DNA of 64,000 bases. Source: Paragordius varius (lineage: Eukaryota > Animalia > Nematomorpha). This document shows, piece by piece, positions 1-12,045 of this stretch. The position numbers and the translations under genes are program-made. The notes beneath the pieces are model-generated. The model made no database searches. It saw nothing but the letters and a program-made list of their open reading frames with translations, and had not been told where the DNA came from. The stretch spans positions 1,054,001 through 1,118,000 of the forward strand of contig OZ176053.1 in assembly GCA_964247055.1 (NCBI GenBank), given 5' to 3'. The first letter of the stretch is position 1. Every line of letters begins with the position of its first letter.

Positions 1-3000
1 AAATGCATACTGTTTTACATCGATAGTTAATATTGGACATAGGAAGCGACAAACGCGCGAAGCGAGAGGGTTTTTCTAAACTAATGGATGAAACTTTGTC
101 TAGATGCTAATGAATGTCCAAAAAAGATACAAGAAAGTTTATTTGATTAAAACACTTATTCATGCATTTATGTCATTCAAACCAGGCATTTTTGAGTTTC
201 TTGTTTTTCAAAAAATTACCATCTGATCATTATTAATTTAAATTTTTATGGGGCTTATATTTTTAAAATTTTAAAGACTAAAAACAAAGTTTAAGGTAGA
301 TCTTGTTAACGATCATGTAATGAATTGTTATAAATATGCATTTAGTATCCAGTAGGTAAAATAATTGTGATAATAATAATTTTTATTTAAAAAGCAAACC
401 AAAAGCCTTTTCAATGATTTTTTTAAAATTTTATATCAATGCAACCATAATAATTATATTAAAATAATTATATGATTTTTAAATTAGTTTGTTTGTGAAA
501 ATTTTTGACAGGATTGAAAATTTTGAGCATATAAACCTATTACATAGATTGATTTAAAAAGCTAATTACCATATGAAAGATACATGTTTTCGCGCTCTTT
601 ATAATGATATAAAAACATGGCCATATATCTAAAACTTTTAATTTTGAAAATTTCGAATTTAATGTTTAATCGGGGCCAAAAATTATTAAACCCTAATAAT
701 TCAAAAATTCTTGTAGACCATTTTTTTTTCATATATATCATTTATGTACTATAATGATATAATTTTAAATTTACAAGAATGGCAGTTAAAAAAAGTTAAT
801 TGTTGTCTAGTGTAATTATCAAATTGGTTTAGTCGCGTAAAATAATTGATCAAAGTATTTACGTATTATTACTGATCATCGTTCTCGGGACTATATGTGA
901 CATAATGTGTCAATTGTGGATGATGTTAATTGTCATCATTATCAAAGAACATTTTGAAGTTAAGTTTGATAAAATACATAAATAAAATAGCCAAAATTTA
1001 TTAACATAACCATGTCAACTTCTCACCGCTAGATTCTCAAATTGGCTTATTTCAACATGCCTTATTTTGTTAGACTTTATACACATTTTCTAAGCCGTAA
1101 ACCTATAAATTACATTCATTCTTTATATATGGATATGCCAATGTCATATCGGTATGGTATTTATACCCTTTGATTCCAAATCGGGTAAAATCTGGTGTAT
1201 TTTTATCTTGGTTACGGATTGCTATATTCAGTTTAGCTCATATCCTCTCTCATCTCTACTAAGTCAATTATATGCAACCTAAAAATTATGTTTAGTTAGT
1301 GTATAATCTTCATCAAGTAAATCCTTCTTGTCATTGATCGGGCATTTAGATAGAGGGATCTGTTCTTAGCTGGGTTTCTGCTTGATACACTATTTTATCG
1401 TATTTGTTAATTTCAAAATCCCATCTAAAAAATTCGCATTTAATATATAGAAAATTCTGTCCCTATTAAAGAGTTCGACCAACGGTAATCCTGTCAATCT
1501 TCTGAACTCCCACTATAAACAAAATTGCGAATTTTTTTTTAGCATACCAACGCTTTAATTCCTCTGCCTGTTGAAAAGTTTCTTTCGGTTATGCTGCACT
1601 TCTTTGCCCATACCCGATCGTACTCCTCATGATTTCAATCAAGTAATCGATGCACTGCAAACTCCCATTTGTTTTAGCACATTGACGTATTCACATCAAT
1701 GAATAATGTTCAAAAGGCTATTCTTTGCAATGTCTCTTTTTCTATATTTTCTCAAAGGATAGGGTAAGACTCAGGTGAAAATCAAATCATGGTGGTTGTA
1801 GCTGTTTTTAACTAAATTTTGAAAAATGCTTATGACGTTATCAAATTTGCTATAATTAATACCAAATTAAGAAATGCTAATTATTAATCGACCAACCAAA
1901 CTAATCCACAAATCTCATTCTTTGGAGACACAGCATTGATTTTTTTTAACCAATCCTCAAATTAAACTTTAACCCCACAAGGGTAAGATGCTATTTGTAT
2001 AGTTTTATTGGTATCGAACGGATATCTTAACCCACTTGTTATTCATAAACCATATACTAGATTCGTTTATGGGTATTCTCTATTGTGGTTTCTTACACTG
2101 GCTTTAATGAAATCTTATTCATTTTAAAGATTTGTCGAATTAATATCGTTTTATGTTTGGTTTTGCACTTCTTAGCGAAGTTTTGTTCCGCACATTTGTA
2201 ACATCAGTGCAGGACATTTGTTTGACCCATGATAATTTTTTATCGGTTATAAGAAAACGCGATCACGGTGCTCTTGAGTTTTGTTAAATAATAATATAAC
2301 CGATAAATATTATTATAATTTCTGTTTATACCAGTGCCTTAGCGGATTAATGCGCTCTATCAGGGTCAGCATGCTTTCAAATAGACAAGTTAAACTTTAA
2401 TCTTAGTGTCTGGATTGGATAGTCCATTTCTGGCTATGTTGTGTCTTAACACGTTGACAAATTACCGATGCCTCTTGAATGGGCCATATTTAGATATAAT
2501 TAACGTTACTTTTTAGGTATTAGCGCTGGATTAATTTTTACAGTACCATTAAGCCCCTATATGCCACAAGAGTAGTTTTTAGGAATTCATCTGCCGGAAT
2601 GTGTCTAACTCAGCACATATCCCACATATCATCGATTAAAATTAATTACATGTTCATTACTGATTGGAAATATGAAATATTTGATGTTGTAACATTTGTT
2701 TCTTGGCTATCATTATTTTGCTCCAATACTTAGTTAGATTGACTCAAGATGTAAAAATCAAAATGTATAAAATACATCTATAGAATTATTTCGCTGTAAA
2801 TAATATATAAGAATTTGCATGGTTTTTATTCTAATTTAGTCTAAGTCTCCCCCTCCGTAACATTCATTAACTCTATTTCATTAAATTCTAATTTTTATTT
2901 ATGGATTAAATAAATAATCATCGAAATATTTTTTTCTGGATACATTATTAATTATACAGCAACCTAATACTGTTTTCCGTTTTATTTGAAAAAAATGATG

Positions 3001-3913
3001 ACAAAAACACAGGACATATTAGTCTCTGGCTAAACGCTGCTACCATCTCATTGTTTCACCTATTTGTTGGTGAGCATATTTACTGTTTTGACTATCGAAA
3101 TATGCTTTTTTAACATGATTTAAAACACCTGTCGATGGCCTAGGCCATACATTGATATAGATAATTGTATTGAGGCAATAGATTGATGAACAATGTTAAT
3201 ATAAAACCTTTAAATTCCAATGATAGAGTTAGGCTAATACAATGCCCCTCAGACTGTAGGTATTCAATCAAATATGCTAGTTTATAAAAAAATATATAGA
3301 ATATACTAAGCTATTTTAAAAAAAAACATTTTAGAGAAATCCTGTTCTTTTAGATGCTCTTTTTTAGAAACCTTATGTAAGTTTTTAATTAATTAAGCCT
3401 AATTAAAAACCCGATCTGAATAGCTGCTCTATGCGAAGGCTCAAAAATTAAACTCCACAATATTTTATCAAAATGAACGCTTGCTAAATCCTCTAGAACC
3501 CCATGAATTTTAAAGCTGGATTGATTATAAGATATAATATATCTAAATTTTTAAACCCCAAAAATTAAACGAAAAGCCAATAGCCACATGACGTACATTA
3601 TTATACTAAAATACGAATGAAAATTCTACCTGAGACCAAGTATGGCGATAAAAACGATCAAGATGATAAGCGAAAATAAATTATCAAAAAAATATAACAA
3701 ATATTTTATTAGGGAAACGGTTAACTTGGGTTTAATAACTTTATAAAACGAAGGTTTGAACGGTTATCTCAGGAAAAACTATTAGAAATATAAGTAAGAC
3801 GGGTAAGCGGCTCTAGAAAATATGATGGTAGATAGACGGACCAACATTTCACGAATTTCATAGATAACCTTAACTGGCTTTATCCAGCGATATCCAGTAT
3901 ATATCATCTAGAT

Positions 3914-5532
3914 CAGTGATACTCAAACCGCGGCCCTAAGAGTGCTTTAAAATTGCCCTATGACCAAATAGATACATAAATTATTTTTTTGATGAATTTT
4001 TACACACAAGCGAATAGGGTATTTTAATAATAATTTATTTTTTTTATATTTAATTTTGGTAATTTTTATTTTTTACCCAATTTGAAATGTAGAAAAATTT
4101 TCCTAGATTAAAATGATTTCAAAATTTTGGCACACGTTGTTTCTGTTTCTGTATTTTATTTCCTTTTCTATTTTTATTGCATTCCTTTTTTGTAAAGCAA
4201 GCCTTTCACCCAAACTTGCATATTCTTTTCATTGCTATCTTACATCATTTTCTGATACTCAATTTTTCAAATCAACATCATTAAATTTCGTCCTGTTTTT
4301 TTATAACATATTCAAATTATATTCCTATTTTTTTGAAGAAATTTTAACATTTAAACATAAATTAAAAGGATGACATCAAAAATTTAAATTATCCGATGAA
4401 ATCGCTTTTTTAAAAAAGATAGGAAGAAAATTTTTTTGTCGTTTTTAAAATAATGTTGTTACCAGCCTTAGTAAGGACCACATAATTATAGAAAATACAA
4501 AAATAAATACCACGAAAAGAAGTAATTTAGAAATAATTAGCATTTTTTTTAGATAATAATGGTATATCTATGAAAAAATTGGTTTTGTGCACAGATGGGT
4601 GTGCCTCTATCATTGGAATAAACAAAGGATTTATTTCCTTTTTGAAAAACAAATATAATTTGCAAAATATTTTATCCTTTTACTGGTTTATTCATCAGCA
4701 ACTTGGTTTCGCGTATAAAAGATGAATCACTCAATTCAGTAATTAAAACGGATGTGTATAGAGTTAACCACATTCGTGGCTAAGAATTCAACGGCCGTAA
4801 ATTCAAAAACCTTCTGAAAGATATCCAGAGTGAATTTGACCATATTTGTACACCGCTGTGCGATGGCTTAGCCTTATTATAGTATTAAATAGATTTGTTT
4901 TAAGGCATGAAATTCTATTATTTAGTGACAACAGGAGGGTTTTATTAGCCTACCTTTACGACATTACTGCGGAGGTTATCATTGAACATTTTTATTTAAT
5001 GAGATGAAATTCAGAATTAAGAATTAACAAATATTAAAAATTGCTTAAAACTCGTTGAAAATCCATGGCATATGGATATATCCAATATTAAGCAACATGA
5101 GCATTTTGGTTTTGATCAGGCGCATATTATTGAAGAATTCGTAGATCTCAAAAATGATTTCAGGAGGCTATATTCAAAGAGAATAGTGGGGAAGAAAGAT
5201 ATGTAGAGTTTTGGCAAGATGTGCCAAATAAGTGTGGGAATATAAGAAAATGTACTCAGTTGTCTTAACTGTTTTTCCTTCAACTTACACGTGTGGGCGG
5301 TTTGTCAAAAATTATTGGTTAATATCAAAATAAATGTTAATGAAATATTTTAATTTTTTAAATGATGCGTAACGAGTTTTTAGCTGGATTTACATGCGAT
5401 CCGCAAAAAATTCATTGTGCTGATTTAGAGTTTAAATATGTTCAAATAGCTATGGAATGCCATTGGTTCATGGCCCTCGAAAAAATAATATATTTTATTT
5501 GGCCCGTCAAATTTTTTTGGTGAGTACCACTG
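3914..5532 (+). mobile_element. Non-autonomous hAT (Buster/SPIN, GTF2IRD2/ZBED5-like) DNA transposon, internally deleted
   Basis: 12-bp TIRs CAGTGATACTCA / TGAGTACCACTG (11/12 match); 8-bp TSD ATCTAGAT at 3906-3913 and 5533-5540; frameshifted transposase remnants (TDGCASIIG, VRWLSL); homologous to the longer copies at 28896-31484 and 33580-36041. Confidence 0.92.
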
Positions 5533-5910
5533 ATCTAGATCGATAACAGACAAATTCCACACATCCACTCATATAATGAGAGTGTCTTTTTAGTTATAAG
5601 CTATTAATAACAGCTAATGTACATGCATCATATAATTTTTAATTTCCAATTTTCTTCCGCATTGTTAATTTATAAGATCAATTTTATTTTAATAATATGG
5701 CAAAAAGGCATACTCGTGCGTAACGATTGCTTGACAAACCGAAATGATGAATAAAAATATAACAAAATCAGAGTTGACATCAATTTACACTGGTCACTGT
5801 TGAGAAACTCAGTACATTGGTCTAAGCTTTTAAATTTTAATTATCTTTTTTATTTAATTTACCTTAATATAATATATATATATATATATATATTTATTTA
5901 TTTAAAATTA

Positions 5911-6120
5911 TAGTAAAAATTATATACGGACAAAAAGTAAAAATACAAAGACAAATATTTTTTTCAACAGATCGTAAAATACATAATGTATTTTGTTACC
6001 AATTTACACTTTTATTTTATACTTCGCAGTTTAAAACAATCAGTTATATTTAAAATAATTATAATATAAAAAATGTGGTTGTCTTTAAAAAAAAATATTT
6101 GCTATTATATTATATTTTTC
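5911..6120. mobile_element. Deleted copy of the CAGTAAAAA MITE family
   Basis: Left TIR-like tagtaaaaattatatacggacaaaaagtaaaaatacaaagacaaatatttt, internal cagtttaaaacaatcagttatattt and right-arm ggttgtcttt..aaatatttg are shared with 21016-21304; boundaries approximate. Confidence 0.6.
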
Positions 6121-6401
6121 ATTTAAAAACCACTTTTTTGTTTCGAATAAACTTTTTTTAATTCAACGATATTATTAACTTATAAATGTTAAATTTGTAA
6201 TCCAGTAAACTGATATATTTTTCATTTACTTGGTAATCTTATATATATTAAAACATTTTTTAATAAATTAATAAAAATATACAGTTGAATTATCAAAAAT
6301 AATTTAAAAATATGGTTGAATCAAGAGAATAGGTTAAAAATGATAAAATAGATGAATGATAAACGATTTGATTAAAAGTTAAAAACAAAACAAAAAAGTC
6401 A

Positions 6402-6495
6402 AAGGACTAACTTGAAATGTTCAAGGACCAACTTGGTGTACAAGGATTAACTTTAAGTGTTTAAGAACCAACTTGAAATGTTCAAGGACACTGAA
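6402..6495. repeat. ~21-bp minisatellite (aaggactaacttgaaatgttc-like, ~4-5 degenerate units)
   Basis: Direct repetition of aagga.caacttgaaatgttc read by eye. Confidence 0.7.
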
Positions 6496-6857
6496 GTGCA
6501 AATGGTATATATGTATATCCTTATATATAAAATACATATAATTTATTTTCAACGATAATATAATACAAAATTTATAACATTGAGAGTAAAATTAGTTTAA
6601 GCTGGCGTAATCACATTTATAGTTTTAATAAAACTTCATCACTGTTAATATCTTTGCAAAACATATAATTGATTTTTTCGATGATCATTGAGTAATTTGG
6701 ACTGAGATCGTCAATCATTTAGAATGTTTTTTCCGTTCAAATATATATATATATATATATATGGTAAAAGCTTTTGAGAATCCTACTTAGATATGCGTTT
6801 ATATTACAAATGGACACACACAATCCAAATTTTTAACTGGAAAGTTTGATTATTTTT

Positions 6858-7597
6858 TCATGCGTACGAATCGTATCCTTCCTTCATTTTTATAATCATA
6901 AGCGTTAGAATAAGGTCCCAAGCATCTCGTGCTTCAGGTGTAAAATCTTCGCCCATCTCTTTTGCCCAAACTTGCAAAATGCATTCTTTGAAAGTTACCC
7001 AATATTCGGGCTTAAAACCGCGAAACCTATTGTGTAAACGGCCAAGTGCTACCATAATAGATGTCACATTTTTCAGATCCGTCAAGTTTTCAACAAATGA
7101 CCGTATGGTGAAAATAAAGCGTTTGGAATGAGCACGGAATATATGATCTCTGAGTAATTCTTCAAAGTTTTTGTGTCCAAAGGTAGGGAATATAGCTCGT
7201 ATTTCTGGACACCGTTTAAATATGTGAAGGAAAACATTGATTCCAATGTTTTGGGGATTAACTATGATATATTTCCATGTCCGTTTTATAATTTTGCGTT
7301 CGGCTGGTGTAAGTGTTATGGTGCCACCATTCAGTGTATTTATAATGTCTCTTTGGTGAGCAGTTAACTGTTTTTCTGGTTTATCATGATGACCAGAAGA
7401 TAGAGCCGAGGAAGAACCGATCGAATTTGGAGTTTGCATGTTTTCTGTGGAACAAACCAAATTATCAAATTTACTTTTTTTGCGTTGGGCTTGCAAGGTA
7501 GCCTCATCAGGGTTTTTTAATCCCATGAATACTAAGACGTTGTTGATTTTATTGAGAGGGGAAGATGGTAGGGTCCACATTGAACACTTTCGAGTTT
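6858..7597 (-). CDS. Globin: terminal coding exon containing the whole globin domain plus a Ser-rich linker
   Basis: ORF 7580-6858 shows A-helix TW, B/C helix GINVFLHIFKRCPEIRAIF (C2 Pro, CD1 Phe), distal His E7 (RAHSKRF), proximal His F8 (LGRLH) and H-helix AWDLIL; splice acceptor tttttAG immediately upstream of 7597 keeps the frame open. Confidence 0.93.
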
Positions 7598-10500
7598 CTA
7601 AAAATAATTATTATTTAAAAAAATAAGGATATGATTATAATGATTAAATAAGGTATATAATATTTTATACAAACTCGTCCCTTTTAATTTATTAATTAAT
7701 TTTGACGTTTATTCCTAATTATAGACACACATATCTAAGCTTGTCAAAAACTATTAATTTATAAATAATGAGCGGAATTTTTATAATATATAATTTTATT
7801 AATAATAAAGGTAGATAATTTTAAAGGAAGACATTCTAAAATTAGTTTTATAATATAATTAGCATCATCACATATTTAAATAGATTTTAGCCTGCCTCGG
7901 CACTACTCGGAAGAATGCAAATAAATATATATTGCTATTTTTTATAAATACTATTGCCAAATACCATATGCAGCAAAGAGCATTACTATTGGCTAAAACA
8001 GACTTTTGCGCCAAATTCGAATCAAAAAGCTTGCGATCATGCGATAAAAAAATATGAATTAACAACCATTTTTAAGTTTAAAAGCATTGAAAAAATTTTC
8101 TTTGCATAATATGCACCGAATCTGAATAAATTTTTTTAAATACATCAAGCATTAATGTACTCCTAAAAAACTCATCTGGTAAAATTATGCAAGATTATGA
8201 CATTAAATAATGTTATTTAGTAAAACGTATCCTTTGCTTTTAAAATATAAATTTGGGCAAAATTGTTGTTTATGGCACTCTGATGCCTTGCGAACGGTAA
8301 CCCTTTTTAGTTTAATACTTTTTTACGTAATTCGGTGCTGCTTAAGATCTGTATTAGTCAGAATTTCACTAAAATATTTATTTGTTTTCAAATTTGGATG
8401 AATTTAGTTTAAAAACAATATATATTTTACTTAAAGAACGCCAAATGTTTTAATTAAAATTATGAGGTTATAAGAGACATCGAATATAGATTATCTTTTA
8501 CGTGTTATTATATCGTTTTAGCATGTTTCAAAATACCATAAAAAAATGCTTTTACTTGAATTTAGTTAAAGGTAGGTTGTGATAATCTAGCACAGTGGTA
8601 TTTATCAAATAAAGGGCCGATTGTATAGTATATAAAAGGGTAAAAACTTCATAACTGTTAGAAGACACATTTGCAGGTCTTTATACTCAAAATAAGTACA
8701 TAAAAAAACAATTCAGGGCATTTCATAGCATTTTTTAGGGAGGCGGATTGGGTACGACTGCGTAGCACATACCCAAAATTCACAATATCGACACTTTTGC
8801 CCTACTAGAGAGAAATCCGCTCATTTTAGAGAGGTCCGAAAATTTAAAAGACTTAGAGCATACATTAAAAAATCAATATAAAGTTGCATATATTGTTTTG
8901 AGAATAATAATATTTTTAATATGGTCAAAAGCCGTTTGTTTTTACCAAAAAGATTGTTATATGTACACTAATTTCGGCTTTTAGTGAATAAATGGTTAAA
9001 ATAACCTTGTATTAAAACCAAAAGCAGGTGATTCTGATACAACTATTTAAAACGCTAACATCGAGCGACAATATCCTGATAAAATTATCTGATATTATTA
9101 TGATCATTTAGTTATCTTGCTTACGAGTCATTCTACAGATTTATTTCCCGTTTTGTGGTCTTTCCATATCGAGAAATCGCAAAAATACCAACGAAAATAT
9201 TCTGTTATATACATTTTAAAATATATATAAAAAGCATATTTAAATTTTTATCAAATATTAATTAATATATATATATATATATATATGGGCCCTTAAACGC
9301 TCAAATTCTATTTTTCATTGACATTTGGATATAACACATTTTTTTCAGTTCTCCGATTTAAATTGAGGACTCCAGGGCTGTTTATTTCGATGTCGAACAA
9401 ATTGAAACCACTGTAAAAGTTATGGATAAACCCGAAGGTAATTTAGCCAACATGATATGTGTGCAGCTAAATATGAAAATTCAATATAACCAACTTTATA
9501 TGCTTATAATGTTAAATGTGATTTAGCTTTGATTATAGTGTTAAAATTAAATAAATACGATTTTGCGAAAATGTTGTAAAATAAAATGGCGTCGAAGTAG
9601 TTTGATATAGACCTTTTTTTTCAAAACTAAATTTTATTTAGATACTTTTGCTTATTTATTATATAATTATTAGGGTAGAAGTATAAATTTAAATTGGGGC
9701 TATTTCTTTAAGTAGTTTTTAAATATCAACTTAAATATATTCTGGTTAAATACCCCAATTTGAATCGAAATGTTTTTAAGTATCCAATTTTAAAAGATAT
9801 GGGAGAGTTTTGCACATTTTTAATTATTTATTATCTTTTATTTTTTTGCAGGTTGCACAAGAAGTGTCGAGGACTGGATGCGGCCTGCTAATCCTATGTT
9901 TTATGCATTTAAACAAAGACATCTAAAATTAAACAAGTATATAATTTCAAATAATTAAAGGAGATTACATGATATGTGAAGAAAAACTTATATCGACCAA
10001 ATTTTAGTCTTAATAAATTTTTTTAGAAAATTTAAAGGTATATTTGCATTCGCGAGAAATTTTTAAGTTTCTTGGATATATAGAGCCTATTTTTTTATTA
10101 AAAACTGAAATGACAAATTTTTTACATAAAATATTTTATCAGGGTAAGATATAAAATTATCGAAATACATTCTAGAAGAACTACTGGAGATAACTTAACA
10201 TAAAAAAATAAGTTAATAAGCATTATGCTAATCGCAAAAACCAATACTACGCAGTTCAACAGTACGCGAACTGTGGTAATGTACATACAGATGATTGTCA
10301 AACATACCTTAATTAAAATTCTAATAAAAATGCTATACAATCTCATCCTATGCAAATTTAGGCGACTTAATTCATATGTATAACAACAGATGAAATTAAA
10401 TTAAAAATTTTAAACCAGATTTGATATATTAAAATTTTTAGAATATTAAACTATAAGGCTCATATAAAATTTATTGTCACCAAAAATGACACAACTCAAT

Positions 10501-11527
10501 TTAAAATTTCAACACTTTTGATATTCATACTTGCAATATAATATTAATGTTAATTGGAAAAATAGGCGTGTAATATCTTTTGTTTAAACATGAATCTGCA
10601 TATAAAAACAATGCTTCCGCTATATTTATTTCATCCACATGTACACTAAAATGGTTGATTCTTTGCTGTAAAATATTTACAGATGAATATTGTTGTGTGA
10701 AACTAAAATAATTTTTAACTAAAGGCAGCCTAAAAAGTTTCTTCAAGAATGATATAACTTCAATGGAATAAATACTAGGTTAGGGTGTTTTTCTTTACGA
10801 CAAAAATCAATTTAAATCAAATATAGATTGCCAGTTTAGAAAGGACGGCTGGGATACCTGAATTTTATTTATATCCACCAATGAGTTAACATTTTCATAT
10901 AGAAAGTGAATATTAATCACAATAAATTTTAAAAAAAAATGTCATATATGTCAAAAGCTTAAAAGGTAAAAATTTTTTTTAAATTAATTAGATCCAAAGA
11001 ATTATAATAATTTCTTTAAGTTACACAGTTTTCATGTAGAGTGTATTCTTCAAACCATTAGTTTACTTGAAATTATAATTAATTTTACAAATATGTAGTC
11101 TCATATTATTTTTAAAATATTCATCAGTTAATAGTTTTTCCCTTAAGAATTCAGGAAGATTCTTTAACATTAATTGAATTCATTTTAAAATTTTACTGAA
11201 TTCGCGAAATATTTAGAATGGATCCTTGTCTTAAAAATAATCTTTTAGTAGGAAATTAAGCAGCTTTGTGGTTTTATTAAACAAAAATAAGCCTATTTAC
11301 GCTTGCATTGTCAAATGCGTACTTTAATTAAAAAAGGGATAGGATTTGGTAAGAATTTTAAATTTAATTGTTAAAAAAGGTCATTTTTACTAATTAACGT
11401 TCATGTATTCAAGTTGCGTTCAAATTAAGATTGATGTTGTTTTAAAAAAGTATCTTTTTTAAATAAAATATTTTAAAATACGCAATAGTTAAGAAATTCA
11501 CTCTGAAAAATATTCAATATAAAATAC

Positions 11528-12045
11528 CTGGCGTCATATCTGTCACCGAGAGATGGTATTGAGCCGCCCTTTGTTTTTCCATATCGCGGAAATCTCTAAT
11601 CAAATTTTCGTCTTGAATCGAAAGTGTTCGATGCGATTTTAGTTTGGGTTTTAACCAATTTAGACCTTTTTTATAACCATTACTTGAAGAATTGTGTTGG
11701 GTATGAGAGTAAGTTGAACCATTATTTAACATAGAGCTCTCAATTTCAATATCTTCATGTTGATCATTTACTTTTTTGTTTTGAGGCGAATTAGTTTGCC
11801 ATATAGGGGAAGATGGGCCAGAAGATAATTCACTTTGACATTTTGGGGTTGTTACAGTAAGAATTTGTGAAAAAAGACTAGATATAGATGATTTTCCATG
11901 CTTTTTTGGTTTTTTCATTATTTGAATATTTGTGGTGGGTTTATATTCAAAACGAGCATTGAGCACGTCATTCTGCAAATTTTGGTCATTTTCAATGGGT
12001 ACCTGGCTATTTTTAACATCATTCATGAATGGTGATGAAGTCAAT
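11528..12045 (-). CDS. Probable upstream coding exon of the globin gene (Ser/Asn/Lys-rich, low complexity)
   Basis: Long A-rich open frame (track ORF 12065-11514) bounded by acceptor ctttcAG (exon starts 12045) and donor CCAG|GTATTT (exon ends 11528, phase 1), matching the phase-1 acceptor of the globin exon at 7597. First Met in the exon is at 12026. Linkage to the globin is inferred. Confidence 0.6.

Noticed and set aside
1100-2800. GC-richer, coding-like minus-strand stretch
   Set aside because: Many stops and frameshifts and no motif I can assign; probably a TE relic but unsupported.
4113-4373. 86-aa Phe/Leu-rich ORF, and a possible captured gene on the opposite strand, in the hAT 5' region
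   Set aside because: Frame not conserved among the five hAT copies; neither strand gives a recognisable protein.
5869-5892. (TA)n microsatellites (also ~6740, ~9265, ~12733, ~15860, ~20246, 60701)
   Set aside because: Ordinary for an AT-rich genome; no further structure.
7504-7526. Internal MGLK as a myristoylation start like globin X
   Set aside because: Not the first Met of the frame and lacks the MGC-type acylation context; no evidence it is used.
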